NCBI GenBank assembly: GCA_023251535.1
Contig: JAHEYP010000001.1
Location: 146,178 to 210,177, forward strand
Direction of reading: 5' to 3'
DNA length: 64,000 nucleotides
Source of the DNA: Bacteroidota bacterium
Lineage (GTDB): Bacteria > Bacteroidota > Bacteroidia > AKYH767-A > OLB10
This document shows positions 1-9,548 of this stretch, one piece after another. Positions within the stretch are counted from its first letter, which is position 1. Every line of letters begins with the position of its first letter. The position numbers and the translations under genes are program-made. The notes under the pieces are model-generated. The model worked only from the letters and a program-made list of their open reading frames with translations, was not told the origin of the DNA and ran no database searches.

Positions 1-1294
1 CGCAAGCACCGTTAGTTATGGTCCAAACAAAATTATAGAAACCGGCAGTACTTAATCCAGTAATAGTAGTAGTACTTGAAGTAGGCGATGTAATTGTTCC
101 TCCATTAAGGGCGGTCCATAAACCTGTTCCTGGAGAAGGATTATTACCATTTAACGTTCCTGTTCCTGTTGAAGTACAAACTTGTATATTATTACCTGCA
201 TTAGAAGTTACTGGAGTAGAAACGACAACTTGCATTGTATCACGACTAACGCAAGCGCCATTAGTAATTGTCCAAATAAAATTAAAAGTACCAGCAGTAG
301 ATAAACCTGAAACTGCAGATGTTGCACTTGTAGGTGCAGTGATAGAAGCAGAAGAAGAAGTAGTCCACAATCCTGTTCCTGGTGAAGGGCTATTCCCTGC
401 TAAAGTAATTGTGCCAGGAGAAGAACAAGCAGTTTGATCAGAACCTGCAGCAGAAGCTACTGGGCTCGACACTACAATTTGCATTGTATCACGTGTTACG
501 CAAGAACCATTAGTAACGGTCCATACAAACACATAAGTACCGGCAGAAGATAAGCCGGTAATAGTTGTATTACGATTTGAAGGGGTAGTAATTGTTGCAG
601 TACTAGTTGTTGACCATAAACCTGTTCCTGGTGAAGGGTTACTGCCGGCCATTGTTGCGGTGCCCGGAGTAGAACAAATTTGTTGATCGGGACCTGCATT
701 AACTGTGACAGGTTGATCAACGATAACGGTAACCTGATCGGCATCGCTACATCCGCCATCAGAAACCACCCAATAAAAAATGTACGAACCAGTATTCAAG
801 TTCGACACTGAAGTAGTATCATTACCAGGGCTCGCAATAACTGCGCTTGACGCTGTAAACCAAACACCGGCTACGCCAGTAATATTCGGATCAATAGCAG
901 CAATAGTAGTGGTGTTTTGAGGAGAACAAATACGCACTACATTCTGAATTGCTTGTGCCTTCAGAACATAAATTGTATGCGTAACTGTATCCTTAGCACC
1001 TCCACCGTCGGTGACGATGAGAGTAACTATAAAATTACCACCATTTGCGAACAGATAGCTCGGGTTTTGAGACGAGGAAGTTCCTCCATCACCAAAGTTC
1101 CATGCCCATGAAGCGATGGCAGAGCCACCTGGGGTCGACATATCTGTAAATGAAACAGTATTCCCGATACATATGATAGTATCGTTCGCCTCGAACTCGG
1201 CTGTAGGAGCCTGAGCATTAGCGGCAGAATTGATACCCATGAAGAGTATCAGCGAGAGTACAGTGAATAAATTCACTTTAAAATTGCGCAACAT
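1..1294 (-). CDS. Secreted repeat surface protein, N-terminal part only (signal peptide, one PKD-like domain, then several ~83-aa Ig-like repeats); continues past the left edge
   Basis: ATG at 1294 (minus) gives the signal peptide MLRNFKVNLFTVLSLILFMGINSAANAQA. Hand translation stays open to position 1. WAWNFGDGGTS PKD signature. 249-bp periodicity (CGCAAG at 1, 250, 499). Not in the ORF track because there is no stop in the window. Confidence 0.8.
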   Translation of the reverse strand, partial: MLRNFKVNLFTVLSLILFMGINSAANAQAPTAEFEANDTIICIGNTVSFTDMSTPGGSAIASWAWNFGDGGTSSSQNPSYLFANGGNFIVTLIVTDGGGAKDTVTHTIYVLKAQAIQNVVRICSPQNTTTIAAIDPNITGVAGVWFTASSAVIASPGNDTTSVSNLNTGSYIFYWVVSDGGCSDADQVTVIVDQPVTVNAGPDQQICSTPGTATMAGSNPSPGTGLWSTTSTATITTPSNRNTTITGLSSAGTYVFVWTVTNGSCVTRDTMQIVVSSPVASAAGSDQTACSSPGTITLAGNSPSPGTGLWTTSSSASITAPTSATSAVSGLSTAGTFNFIWTITNGACVSRDTMQVVVSTPVTSNAGNNIQVCTSTGTGTLNGNNPSPGTGLWTALNGGTITSPTSSTTTITGLSTAGFYNFVWTITNGAC

Positions 1295-1436
1295 TACGAA
1301 AGGTTTTTGGTGTCGTGTGACACTTTTTGGTCCTTTTCTTACGTAAATCTTACATCGATTGTTACGAAAACGTATGTCGGCCTCTATAAAAAGGAAGAAA
1401 AAAAGGCATGAAAACTGTAAATACCGATATAATGGG

Positions 1437-1474
1437 CAAAAAAGAAACCCTGTTCTTACGGGAACAGGGTTTCT
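1437..1474 (-). terminator. Rho-independent terminator after the yqeY-like gene
   Basis: In minus sense, AGAAACCCTGTTC / GAACAGGGTTTCT 13-bp stem followed by a T run, about 20 nt after the stop at 1497. Confidence 0.65.
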
Positions 1475-1496
1475 TGATATATAAGGAGTAATACAA

Positions 1497-1946
1497 TCAG
1501 GCGCCTAACATCTGCTTAACGAGCATTGACACTATTTTATTATCGGCGGTGCCCGCAAAATGTTTCGTTGCGGCTCCCATTACCTTACCCATTTCAGCGG
1601 GAGACTTAGCTCCTACACTTTCAATGATACCTTTTAATGCTTCACGAATTTCATCTTCGCTCATCATTTTTGGCAGGAACAATTCAATAACAGCAACCTC
1701 TTCTTGTTCGGTTTTAGCCAGGTCAGCACGATTTTGCTGCATATAGATATCGATCGACTCTTTACGTTGTTTCACCAACTTCTGAAGCATCTTCGTTTCA
1801 TCTTCCTCCGTCATTTCCTTCCCGGCTTCACTAGTTTTAGCAAGAAGGATAGCAGATTTGATAGCGCGTAAGGCACGAAGTTTAGCTTCATCCTTAGCCA
1901 ACATTGCGGCCTTTAATTCAGGCATTATTTTTTGCTCGAGAGACAT
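1497..1946 (-). CDS. GatB/YqeY domain protein
   Basis: 149 aa with an N-terminus (LKAAMLAKDEAKLRALRAIKSAIL) typical of the YqeY family. Lies directly downstream of ftsZ. Confidence 0.75.
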   Translation of the reverse strand: MSLEQKIMPELKAAMLAKDEAKLRALRAIKSAILLAKTSEAGKEMTEEDETKMLQKLVKQRKESIDIYMQQNRADLAKTEQEEVAVIELFLPKMMSEDEIREALKGIIESVGAKSPAEMGKVMGAATKHFAGTADNKIVSMLVKQMLGA

Positions 1947-1964
1947 GGTTTACTTTATTAAAGA

Positions 1965-3659
1965 TTAATCAACACGATCGTGTAAGAAAGAATTATTCGC
2001 ACGAATTTCAGGTTTACGATCAGCATCATCAACTGATAAAGTAAGACGCGAAACACTTGAATCAGCTGAATTTGGAACATTCTCTAAACGAACATTGCGA
2101 CGTTTGTAAGCAGGTTCTTTCTCAAGATCTGAAATGCCATTAGGCGAATTCATTTTATAGCTAAGTTCTTTCAAACGCATGATACGCTCGCGTGAACGAC
2201 GAAACATTTCCTGCTCAGGAGTTAAAACCTCCTCCTTAGTTTCGTTCTCAATAATTCTGCTTTCTTCTTCATCTTTCAAAGCGATAGCTTCAGCTTCCAT
2301 TCTGAAGTTGAAAACATCATTATCATTAGAAGCAACAACAGGCTCATTCTCTACTTCAAAATTCACCTCATCAGTTGAATCATTATTAATCTCGATAGTC
2401 GGGAAATCTGAATCAAGATTAAAAATTACTTTCTCAGAAGATTCTGGAGAGAAAGAAACAACTTCATCTACAGAAGGTGTTACTTCATTGCGAACGATTA
2501 AAACCGGCTCCATAGAATCTACTACTTCAGGTTCAATAGCTATTTTCTCTTCAACGCGAGGAGTCGTAACTTCTGTTAAAGAAGCGGCAACAGCAGCATT
2601 TTTATCATCCTCGAGTTTAAAAACCACTTTCTCAGGCTTACGTTGCTCAGAAGCAACTTGCTGATTTGTTTTAAATCCTGTAGCAATAATTGTCACACCA
2701 ACTTTATCACCCAAAGTAGCATCGTTACCGATACCCATGATAATTTCAGCTGATTGACCGGCTTGAGCTTGAATGAAATCATTGATTTCACCCACTTCAT
2801 CCATTGTAACTTCAGTATTACCACTTGTAATATTCAAGAGGATATAACGAGCACCTTCAATATGATTATCATTTAACAATGGAGAATCAAGAGCAAGTTC
2901 TGCAGCACGTACCGCGCGATTATCGCCTTCGGCAGAAGCAGAGCCCATAATTGCAACACCACTGTCTTTCATAACGGTTTGGATATCCGCAAAATCGACA
3001 TTGATATGCATTGTATTCGTGATTACCTCTGCGATACTTTTTGCAGCAACAGAAAGCACATCATCAGCATGTCCGAAAGCCTTACTTAAGTTAAGGTTTC
3101 CATAGATTTCACGTAACTTATCATTACAGATGATTAACAAAGCATCTACATTGCTTTTCAATTGTTCGATACCAAGTTCAGCTTGTAGTTTACGTTTACG
3201 TCCTTCAAAAGCGAAAGGAACAGTAACGATACCAACAGTAAGAATTCCTAACTCGCGAGCGATACCTGCGATAATTGGAGCAGCCCCTGTTCCGGTTCCG
3301 CCGCCCATACCTGCAGTAACAAACACCATGCTGGTATTATCACTTAATAAATTTCTTAACTCATCTACGTTTTCGATAGCTGCATTTTTTCCTACTTCAG
3401 GAATAGCACCTGCTCCGCGACCTTGAGTAAGACCTGGTCCAAGTTGAATTTTAGTAGGTACCGGGCTCACCTGTAATGCTTGTGCATCGGTGTTACAAAC
3501 AAGGAAATCAACTCCCTTGATACCCATACGGTACATGTGGTTAACAGCGTTGCTGCCGCCTCCACCAACACCAATCACTTTGATGGTAGGTGTTACGTCC
3601 TTCGAAAGATCTAGTTGAAATAGAGAAGGATGCTGATTTAGGTTTTCTGGCTGAATCAT
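1965..3659 (-). CDS. ftsZ: Cell division GTPase FtsZ with long acidic C-terminal extension
   Basis: GGGTGTGAAP tubulin signature, VIGVGGGGSNAVN, NTDAQAL. Last gene of the dcw cluster. Confidence 0.97.
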   Translation of the reverse strand: MIQPENLNQHPSLFQLDLSKDVTPTIKVIGVGGGGSNAVNHMYRMGIKGVDFLVCNTDAQALQVSPVPTKIQLGPGLTQGRGAGAIPEVGKNAAIENVDELRNLLSDNTSMVFVTAGMGGGTGTGAAPIIAGIARELGILTVGIVTVPFAFEGRKRKLQAELGIEQLKSNVDALLIICNDKLREIYGNLNLSKAFGHADDVLSVAAKSIAEVITNTMHINVDFADIQTVMKDSGVAIMGSASAEGDNRAVRAAELALDSPLLNDNHIEGARYILLNITSGNTEVTMDEVGEINDFIQAQAGQSAEIIMGIGNDATLGDKVGVTIIATGFKTNQQVASEQRKPEKVVFKLEDDKNAAVAASLTEVTTPRVEEKIAIEPEVVDSMEPVLIVRNEVTPSVDEVVSFSPESSEKVIFNLDSDFPTIEINNDSTDEVNFEVENEPVVASNDNDVFNFRMEAEAIALKDEEESRIIENETKEEVLTPEQEMFRRSRERIMRLKELSYKMNSPNGISDLEKEPAYKRRNVRLENVPNSADSSVSRLTLSVDDADRKPEIRANNSFLHDRVD

Positions 3660-3718
3660 GATTATGTTGGTTTTTTTATTTTCTGGTTATAATTGATAAA
3701 ATGGCACTCAAATTAATT

Positions 3719-5008
3719 TTACATTGTCGGATCATCATCTTCATCACTGATGGTATTCTTGAAGATATCGAACCATCTTCCTTTTTTACGCGTTGGTTCT
3801 GATGTTTCGGCCTTTTCAGATGGTTTTAGTGTATTTTTTGCTCTTCTCATTTCGCGTTCTACATCTTGAAGACCTTTAATTACCAAACCGACACCGGTTG
3901 CATACATCGGACTCTTCACTTCGTCCATTCCCTTACCCAAATGTTCGTTCGGGTAACCAATTCGGGTATCCATACCCGTTATATATTCTACTAGTTGAGT
4001 AACATGTTTAAGTTGAGATCCCCCACCTGTGATTACGATACCAGCGATTAACTTCTTTTCGAAACCTGAACTTTTGATTTCGTAATACACATTCTCGATA
4101 ATCTCTTCCATTCTTGCTTGGATGATAGCAGCAAGATTTTTCACAGAAATCTCTTTCGGCTCACGTCCGCGTAATCCCGGAATTGAAACGATTTCATTTT
4201 CTTTCATTTGTTTTGCCAAAGCAGAACCAAATTTCACTTTCAGTAATTCTGCTTGGTTGCGAATGATAGAACAACCTTCCTTGATATCATCAGTAATCAC
4301 ATTACCACCAAAAGGAATTACGGCAGTATGGCGAATGATTCCATCTTGAAAAATTGCAACATCGGTAGTACCACCACCAATATCTACTAATACTACACCT
4401 GCTTCTTTTTCTTCTTCGGTTAACACTGCTTCTGCAGATGCTAGTGGTTCAAGAATAAGATCAACTGTTTTTAATCCTGCTTTCGAAACACACTTTTGAA
4501 TATTGTTAGCAGCTGTAATTAATCCTGTGATGATATGGCAATTCGCTTCGAGGCGAATACCAGACATTCCGATAGGATCTTTAATACCTTGTTCGTTATC
4601 TACGATAAACTCTTGAGGAATCACATGAATGATTTCTTCACCAGGAGGCATCGCTAAGCGATACATATCTTCGGTGATACTATCGATATCAGACTGGCCG
4701 ATTTCGTCGACAGTGCTGTTACGTGTAATCATACCGCGGTGCTGCATACTTTTGATATGCTGACCGGCAATACCTACATGAACGTCGCTGATCTCAACAC
4801 CTGAAATCGCTTCAGCTTCAGCAACAGCTTCTTTTATGGAAGCTACCGTTTTCTCGATATTAGCCACCATGCCGCGCATCACTCCCAACGACTCGGAACG
4901 TCCTTTGCCGAGAATTTCTACTTTCCCGAATTCATTACGACGACCAACAATCGCAGCAATTTTAGTTGTACCGATATCCAACCCGACGATAATCCCTGTA
5001 TGTTCCAT
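3719..5008 (-). CDS. ftsA: Cell division protein FtsA
   Basis: Actin-fold motifs (VGLDIGTTKIAA, VVLVDIGGGTTDVAIF). Sits between ftsQ and ftsZ. Confidence 0.95.
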   Translation of the reverse strand: MEHTGIIVGLDIGTTKIAAIVGRRNEFGKVEILGKGRSESLGVMRGMVANIEKTVASIKEAVAEAEAISGVEISDVHVGIAGQHIKSMQHRGMITRNSTVDEIGQSDIDSITEDMYRLAMPPGEEIIHVIPQEFIVDNEQGIKDPIGMSGIRLEANCHIITGLITAANNIQKCVSKAGLKTVDLILEPLASAEAVLTEEEKEAGVVLVDIGGGTTDVAIFQDGIIRHTAVIPFGGNVITDDIKEGCSIIRNQAELLKVKFGSALAKQMKENEIVSIPGLRGREPKEISVKNLAAIIQARMEEIIENVYYEIKSSGFEKKLIAGIVITGGGSQLKHVTQLVEYITGMDTRIGYPNEHLGKGMDEVKSPMYATGVGLVIKGLQDVEREMRRAKNTLKPSEKAETSEPTRKKGRWFDIFKNTISDEDDDPTM

Positions 5009-5015
5009 TTACAAA

Positions 5016-5834
5016 TTAATTTTTCGTGCAGACCACCTGATTGCGGAACTTAAGGTTGATCACACTGTAATTATTCCAACCGGTTTTACTGAGACCTTCT
5101 TTGTAGAAAATCATCAGTCTCCGGAATTTATCCTGAAGATCTGTGGTGTCGCCCAACAACACTCGATGGTTACCGACACGCGGAATTAACTCTAACTCTT
5201 GGTGTTCGTTCACATAAATCTGTTCTGTGTTTGCAGTCCAGAAAGTATCTGCCTCCACAAACTTCGCCAATGCATACACCTGATTGATCGTACGCGGAAT
5301 CATCAATGAATCATTCTTCAAAGTATCATCCGTAATCACCGGAGTCGTAATTTTCATCTCGGTGTAAGTGTTGTAGATATACCCATTAGCAACAATAACC
5401 GGAGGAGTGTATTTATCCGAAACCGGCATAAATTCACCCTTCTTATCGATATAAAATTGCTCGTCGTGCATGTTTACAATTCTTACGATCGGATCCCTTT
5501 GCCATACGTCGGCATGTAGGTTTCCATCAATCGATGAATATACTTCAGCTCTCTCTACAAAAGGGTTCGTTAGAATAATTTTTTCTAACAGTGAAGTGTT
5601 GATGGAGCCAAGTGCTTTTCCCTCTACTTTTCCCTTGCTATTGATGAGTTGAAGTATGTCGCTATTATCAATAAAATCATGTGAAACCGACTCGTCAATA
5701 TTGACTGTAATTTTCTTGCACAACAACTGCTCTTGACGCTGATTTACAAAGCCCAACAATACAATCATTCCGATTGCAGTGATGATCCATGTACTTAGAA
5801 TCAATATCGATTTTACTTTCGGTTTTAGTTCCAT
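5016..5834 (-). CDS. ftsQ: Cell division protein FtsQ-like
   Basis: 272 aa with one N-terminal TM helix and a POTRA-like region. Sits between murC and ftsA. Its ATG overlaps the murC stop (TAATG). Confidence 0.8.
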   Translation of the reverse strand: MELKPKVKSILILSTWIITAIGMIVLLGFVNQRQEQLLCKKITVNIDESVSHDFIDNSDILQLINSKGKVEGKALGSINTSLLEKIILTNPFVERAEVYSSIDGNLHADVWQRDPIVRIVNMHDEQFYIDKKGEFMPVSDKYTPPVIVANGYIYNTYTEMKITTPVITDDTLKNDSLMIPRTINQVYALAKFVEADTFWTANTEQIYVNEHQELELIPRVGNHRVLLGDTTDLQDKFRRLMIFYKEGLSKTGWNNYSVINLKFRNQVVCTKN

Positions 5835-7228
5835 TATGCTGAAAGTAATTGTGCAATTGGTTTCACTAATAGATCGATATCACCAGCTCCAAGTGTTAAT
5901 AACACTTGTGGTTTTTCATTTTGCAATTTTATTAACAAGTCTTCTCTCGACAATAAATGTTTATCGGTGATAGAAACTTTGTCTAAAATCATTTGAGAAT
6001 TCACTCCCGGAATTGGCTTTTCACGTGCTGGATAAAGCTCAATCATGTACAATGTATCCAATAAGCTCAAGCTTTCTGCAAAGCCATCGGCAAAGTCGCG
6101 CGTGCGACTAAATAAATGCGGCTGAAAGATGCCGGCTATTTTTTTATCAGGATATAATTCGCGAGCAGATGATATTGCTGCTCGTAATTCTTCTGGATGA
6201 TGTGCATAATCGTCGATGTAAACAACATCAGCGTTTTTTACATGCACTTCAAATCGGCGTTGCGCTCCTTTGAACGATGCAAGAGCAACTTTCAAATCGG
6301 AAGGTTTAACGCCACATTCCAATGCAAGTCCTGATGCTGCCACTGCATTTTCAACATTATGTCGGCCGGGCAACCCTAAAGTCAACCCTTCAATTTTGAT
6401 TAATGGTGTTTCTAAAGTGAACTTATATGCACCATTTTCAACTCTAATATTATCCCCTCTAAAATCAGCCGCTTCGTTATCCTTAATCGAATAGGTCATT
6501 CTGCGACAAGCGGTATTACCAACATCCAACCCTTTTTTATGCAATAGCATTCCGTTTGGCTTCACTTGAGCAGCGAATGCACGGTAAGTATTTTGCATTT
6601 CATTGGGATCACCGTAGATATCGAGATGATCGGCATCCATCGATGTGATGATAGCCAACTCAGGGAACAAGGTTAAGAAAGAACGATCAAATTCATCAGC
6701 TTCAACAACAACCTTATGATCGGGCTTCGATGAATCGCCAATTAAAAGGTTAGATCCGAAGTTAGTACTGATACCTCCTAAAAATGCTGAGCAATTCATT
6801 CCTGCAGAATGAAGAATATGCGCTAATAAAGTTGATGTTGTTGTTTTGCCATGAGTACCAGCAACTGCTAAAGTAAAATGATCGGCAGTTAACATCCCTA
6901 ATACTTTCGAACGTTTTGCTATTTCATATCCGTTGGATTTGAAGAAAGCTAATTCGCTATGATCGGCAGGAACTGCTGGTGTTAAAATAACAAGAACTTG
7001 CGACTTATTATCGAGATTTCGAATAGCCACAGGAATACGATTCACATCATCGTCGAAGTGAATTTCAATTCCTTCATCTGACAATGCTTGTGTTAATGGT
7101 GTAGGAGTTTTGTCGTAACCCGAAACCGATTTCCCATCAGCTTTGAAGTAACGCGCAAGCGCACTCATGCCAATACCTCCTATTCCTAGGAGATAAACAT
7201 AACGTATATGTTGCATGCTGTTCTTCAT
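5834..7228 (-). CDS. murC: UDP-N-acetylmuramate--L-alanine ligase
   Basis: LGIGGIGMSALA and GTHGKTTT motifs. The track start at 7279 overlaps murG. The internal ATG at 7228 (MKNSMQHIRYVY) abuts the murG stop and is preferred. Confidence 0.93.
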   Translation of the reverse strand: MKNSMQHIRYVYLLGIGGIGMSALARYFKADGKSVSGYDKTPTPLTQALSDEGIEIHFDDDVNRIPVAIRNLDNKSQVLVILTPAVPADHSELAFFKSNGYEIAKRSKVLGMLTADHFTLAVAGTHGKTTTSTLLAHILHSAGMNCSAFLGGISTNFGSNLLIGDSSKPDHKVVVEADEFDRSFLTLFPELAIITSMDADHLDIYGDPNEMQNTYRAFAAQVKPNGMLLHKKGLDVGNTACRRMTYSIKDNEAADFRGDNIRVENGAYKFTLETPLIKIEGLTLGLPGRHNVENAVAASGLALECGVKPSDLKVALASFKGAQRRFEVHVKNADVVYIDDYAHHPEELRAAISSARELYPDKKIAGIFQPHLFSRTRDFADGFAESLSLLDTLYMIELYPAREKPIPGVNSQMILDKVSITDKHLLSREDLLIKLQNEKPQVLLTLGAGDIDLLVKPIAQLLSA

Positions 7229-7229
7229 T

Positions 7230-8342
7230 TTATTTTCTTGCGAGACGCAAAACTTCTTTTGCAATTTGTTGTGCAGCATCCGGACGAGCCATCACTGCTA
7301 TATTGTCACTTAAACTTTTTCTTTGTGATGCATTTGCGATTAAGTCCAATGCATTGTTCACTAATATTGTTGATGCCTCACTATCGTTCACCAACAATGC
7401 AGCCTTTCTTTCTACCAGCGCTATGCAATTTTTTGTTTGATGATCTTCGGCAGCAGTTGGAAGCGGTACAAGTATCGCTGGTTTTTTAACGATACATAAT
7501 TCAGAAACAGTACTTGCTCCTGCTCTTGCTACGACTGCATCAGCAGCGGCATAAGCCAAATCCATTTTACTGATAAAATCAAAAGCGTGCAAAGATGTTA
7601 CATTTAATGATTCAACAGCTTCTTTCGCCTCAGAAAAAAACAATTTTCCTGTTTGCCAAATCAGCTGAACGCCTGCATCATTTATTTGCTTTAATCCTGC
7701 TTTCATTGCACGATTAATACTTCGAGCACCTTGACTTCCTCCTACGACTAACAATGTTGGTTTTTCGGGATCTAATCCGAAGAATTTACATGCATCTAAT
7801 TTCTTTCCATCAATATGTTTGATGTCTTCGCGCACAGGATTCCCTGTAAATATAATTTTGTCAGCTTCAAAGAATCGATCCATATTTTCATATGCAACAC
7901 AAACTTTCGCCGCTTTCTTCGAAAGAATTTTATTTGTAATTCCGGGATATGAATTTTGCTCTTGTATTAATGTTGGCACTCCCTTGCGTGATGCAGTAAA
8001 AAGCATTGGTCCGCTGGCATAGCCACCTACTCCAACAGCTACATCGGGATTAAAATTCTTCATTACAGAACCTGCCTTATTCAAGCTTTTCAGAAGTTTG
8101 AAAGGAAACGACAAATTATCAAGTGATAATTCTCTTTTAATTCCTGCAATCGGTAATCCTTCGATTTTATATCCTGCAGCTGGAACTTTTTCCATTTCCA
8201 TTTTACCTTCGGCGCCAACAAATAAAATCTCGACTGAAGGATTTAATGCCTTCAATGCGTTTGCAATAGCGATCGCAGGAAAGATATGTCCTCCTGTACC
8301 ACCACCACTGATGATTACCTTTATGTTATTAGGCGACTGCAA
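7230..8342 (-). CDS. murG: Lipid II synthase MurG (UDP-GlcNAc transferase)
   Basis: SGGGTGGHIFPAIAIA N-terminus and dcw position. Confidence 0.95.
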   Translation of the reverse strand: MQSPNNIKVIISGGGTGGHIFPAIAIANALKALNPSVEILFVGAEGKMEMEKVPAAGYKIEGLPIAGIKRELSLDNLSFPFKLLKSLNKAGSVMKNFNPDVAVGVGGYASGPMLFTASRKGVPTLIQEQNSYPGITNKILSKKAAKVCVAYENMDRFFEADKIIFTGNPVREDIKHIDGKKLDACKFFGLDPEKPTLLVVGGSQGARSINRAMKAGLKQINDAGVQLIWQTGKLFFSEAKEAVESLNVTSLHAFDFISKMDLAYAAADAVVARAGASTVSELCIVKKPAILVPLPTAAEDHQTKNCIALVERKAALLVNDSEASTILVNNALDLIANASQRKSLSDNIAVMARPDAAQQIAKEVLRLARK

Positions 8343-9492
8343 CTTCTGCTGTTTTATTAGTTACTTTTTTATCAATCTCACTACTTACACTCAAAATAAT
8401 ACCGATGGCAAAGCTGGTAAACCAAATCGATGTACCACCCATACTTAACATCGGCAAAGGCTGTCCTGTAACAGGGAAGATGTGTACTGCAACAGCCATA
8501 TTAATTAATGCTTGAAACACCAAGCTAAATGCACAACCTATAGTTATCATTGCAGCGAAAGCCCTTTCGGTGCGGCGAACAATTTGAATTGCTCGATAGA
8601 ATAACATTAAATAAAGAAGCACTACGAAGCAACCACCGGCCAAGCCATACTCTTCAATGATAATAGCGAAGATGAAATCGGAATACGGGTGAGGTAAGAA
8701 ATTTCGTTGAGCACTTTGTCCTGGACCTTTTCCGAATATACCTCCTGTCGCAATAGCAATTTTTGCTTGTTGCACTTGGTAGTCACCCTCATCGGTACTT
8801 TTCTTAGAAGTAAAATTTTCGATACGAGAACCCCAAGTACTAATACGACCATTATAACCTACCAACTTAGCAATGCCAATGAATAAAGCAAAAGCTAATA
8901 CAGCAGTTCCTAATAATCCGAAAATAAATTTCAAAGGAACTCTACCAATAAACATCAACACCATTGAAGTAGAAAACAATACTGCTGCTGTTGAGAAGTT
9001 AGCAGGAAGAATTAATCCGCAAACAATAAATACCGGAATTACAATCGGAATAAACGAAGCTTTAAAATCATTGATTGACTCCTGCTTTTTAGAAATCAAT
9101 CTTGCTAAATACAATATCAAAGACAACTTTGCTAAATCGGAAGTTTGAAATGACAATCCGATAATGGGTAAAGTAATCCAACGATTTGCATCATTGATAT
9201 TCGTACCCATGAATAGCGTAAGAATAAGCAATGGCACAGTGATAATAAATGCCAACCTAGCAAATCTGGCATAAACAGTATATGATGCTAAATGGAACAT
9301 ATACATTAGTCCGAAACCGAATGCTAAAATGAAAGCATGTTTCAGGATATAATACTCTGTATTCCCCGACTGATATTTATAAGCAAGCGTGCCGGTAGAA
9401 CTATATACCGCCAGCGTACTTATAAACGACAACAGAATTACTATCAGCCAGATAGTTCTGTCGCCTTTAAAGTTTGTTTCGAGCCAGGTCAT
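8329..9492 (-). CDS. ftsW: SEDS-family peptidoglycan polymerase FtsW
   Basis: Polytopic membrane protein of the FtsW/RodA/SpoVE type (PLPMLSMGGTS). Sits between murD and murG. Confidence 0.9.
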   Translation of the reverse strand: MTWLETNFKGDRTIWLIVILLSFISTLAVYSSTGTLAYKYQSGNTEYYILKHAFILAFGFGLMYMFHLASYTVYARFARLAFIITVPLLILTLFMGTNINDANRWITLPIIGLSFQTSDLAKLSLILYLARLISKKQESINDFKASFIPIVIPVFIVCGLILPANFSTAAVLFSTSMVLMFIGRVPLKFIFGLLGTAVLAFALFIGIAKLVGYNGRISTWGSRIENFTSKKSTDEGDYQVQQAKIAIATGGIFGKGPGQSAQRNFLPHPYSDFIFAIIIEEYGLAGGCFVVLLYLMLFYRAIQIVRRTERAFAAMITIGCAFSLVFQALINMAVAVHIFPVTGQPLPMLSMGGTSIWFTSFAIGIILSVSSEIDKKVTNKTAEVAVA

Positions 9493-9548
9493 TTTTTTAA
9501 CTGATGAATTGAACTATATACTATAAACCAAACAACTTCAATTTTATT

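Noticed and set aside
496-1218. Track ORFs 496..759(-), 917..1111(+) and 1027..1218(-).
   Set aside because: They lie inside, and out of frame with or antisense to, the long signal-peptide-bearing repeat ORF <1..1294(-). Their sequences are low-complexity mirror translations.
2179-3426. Antisense ORFs inside ftsZ (2179..2664, 3130..3426).
   Set aside because: They are opposite a very confidently identified gene. Their Ser/Pro/Ala-rich composition is typical of antisense read-through of an acidic or Gly-rich coding region.
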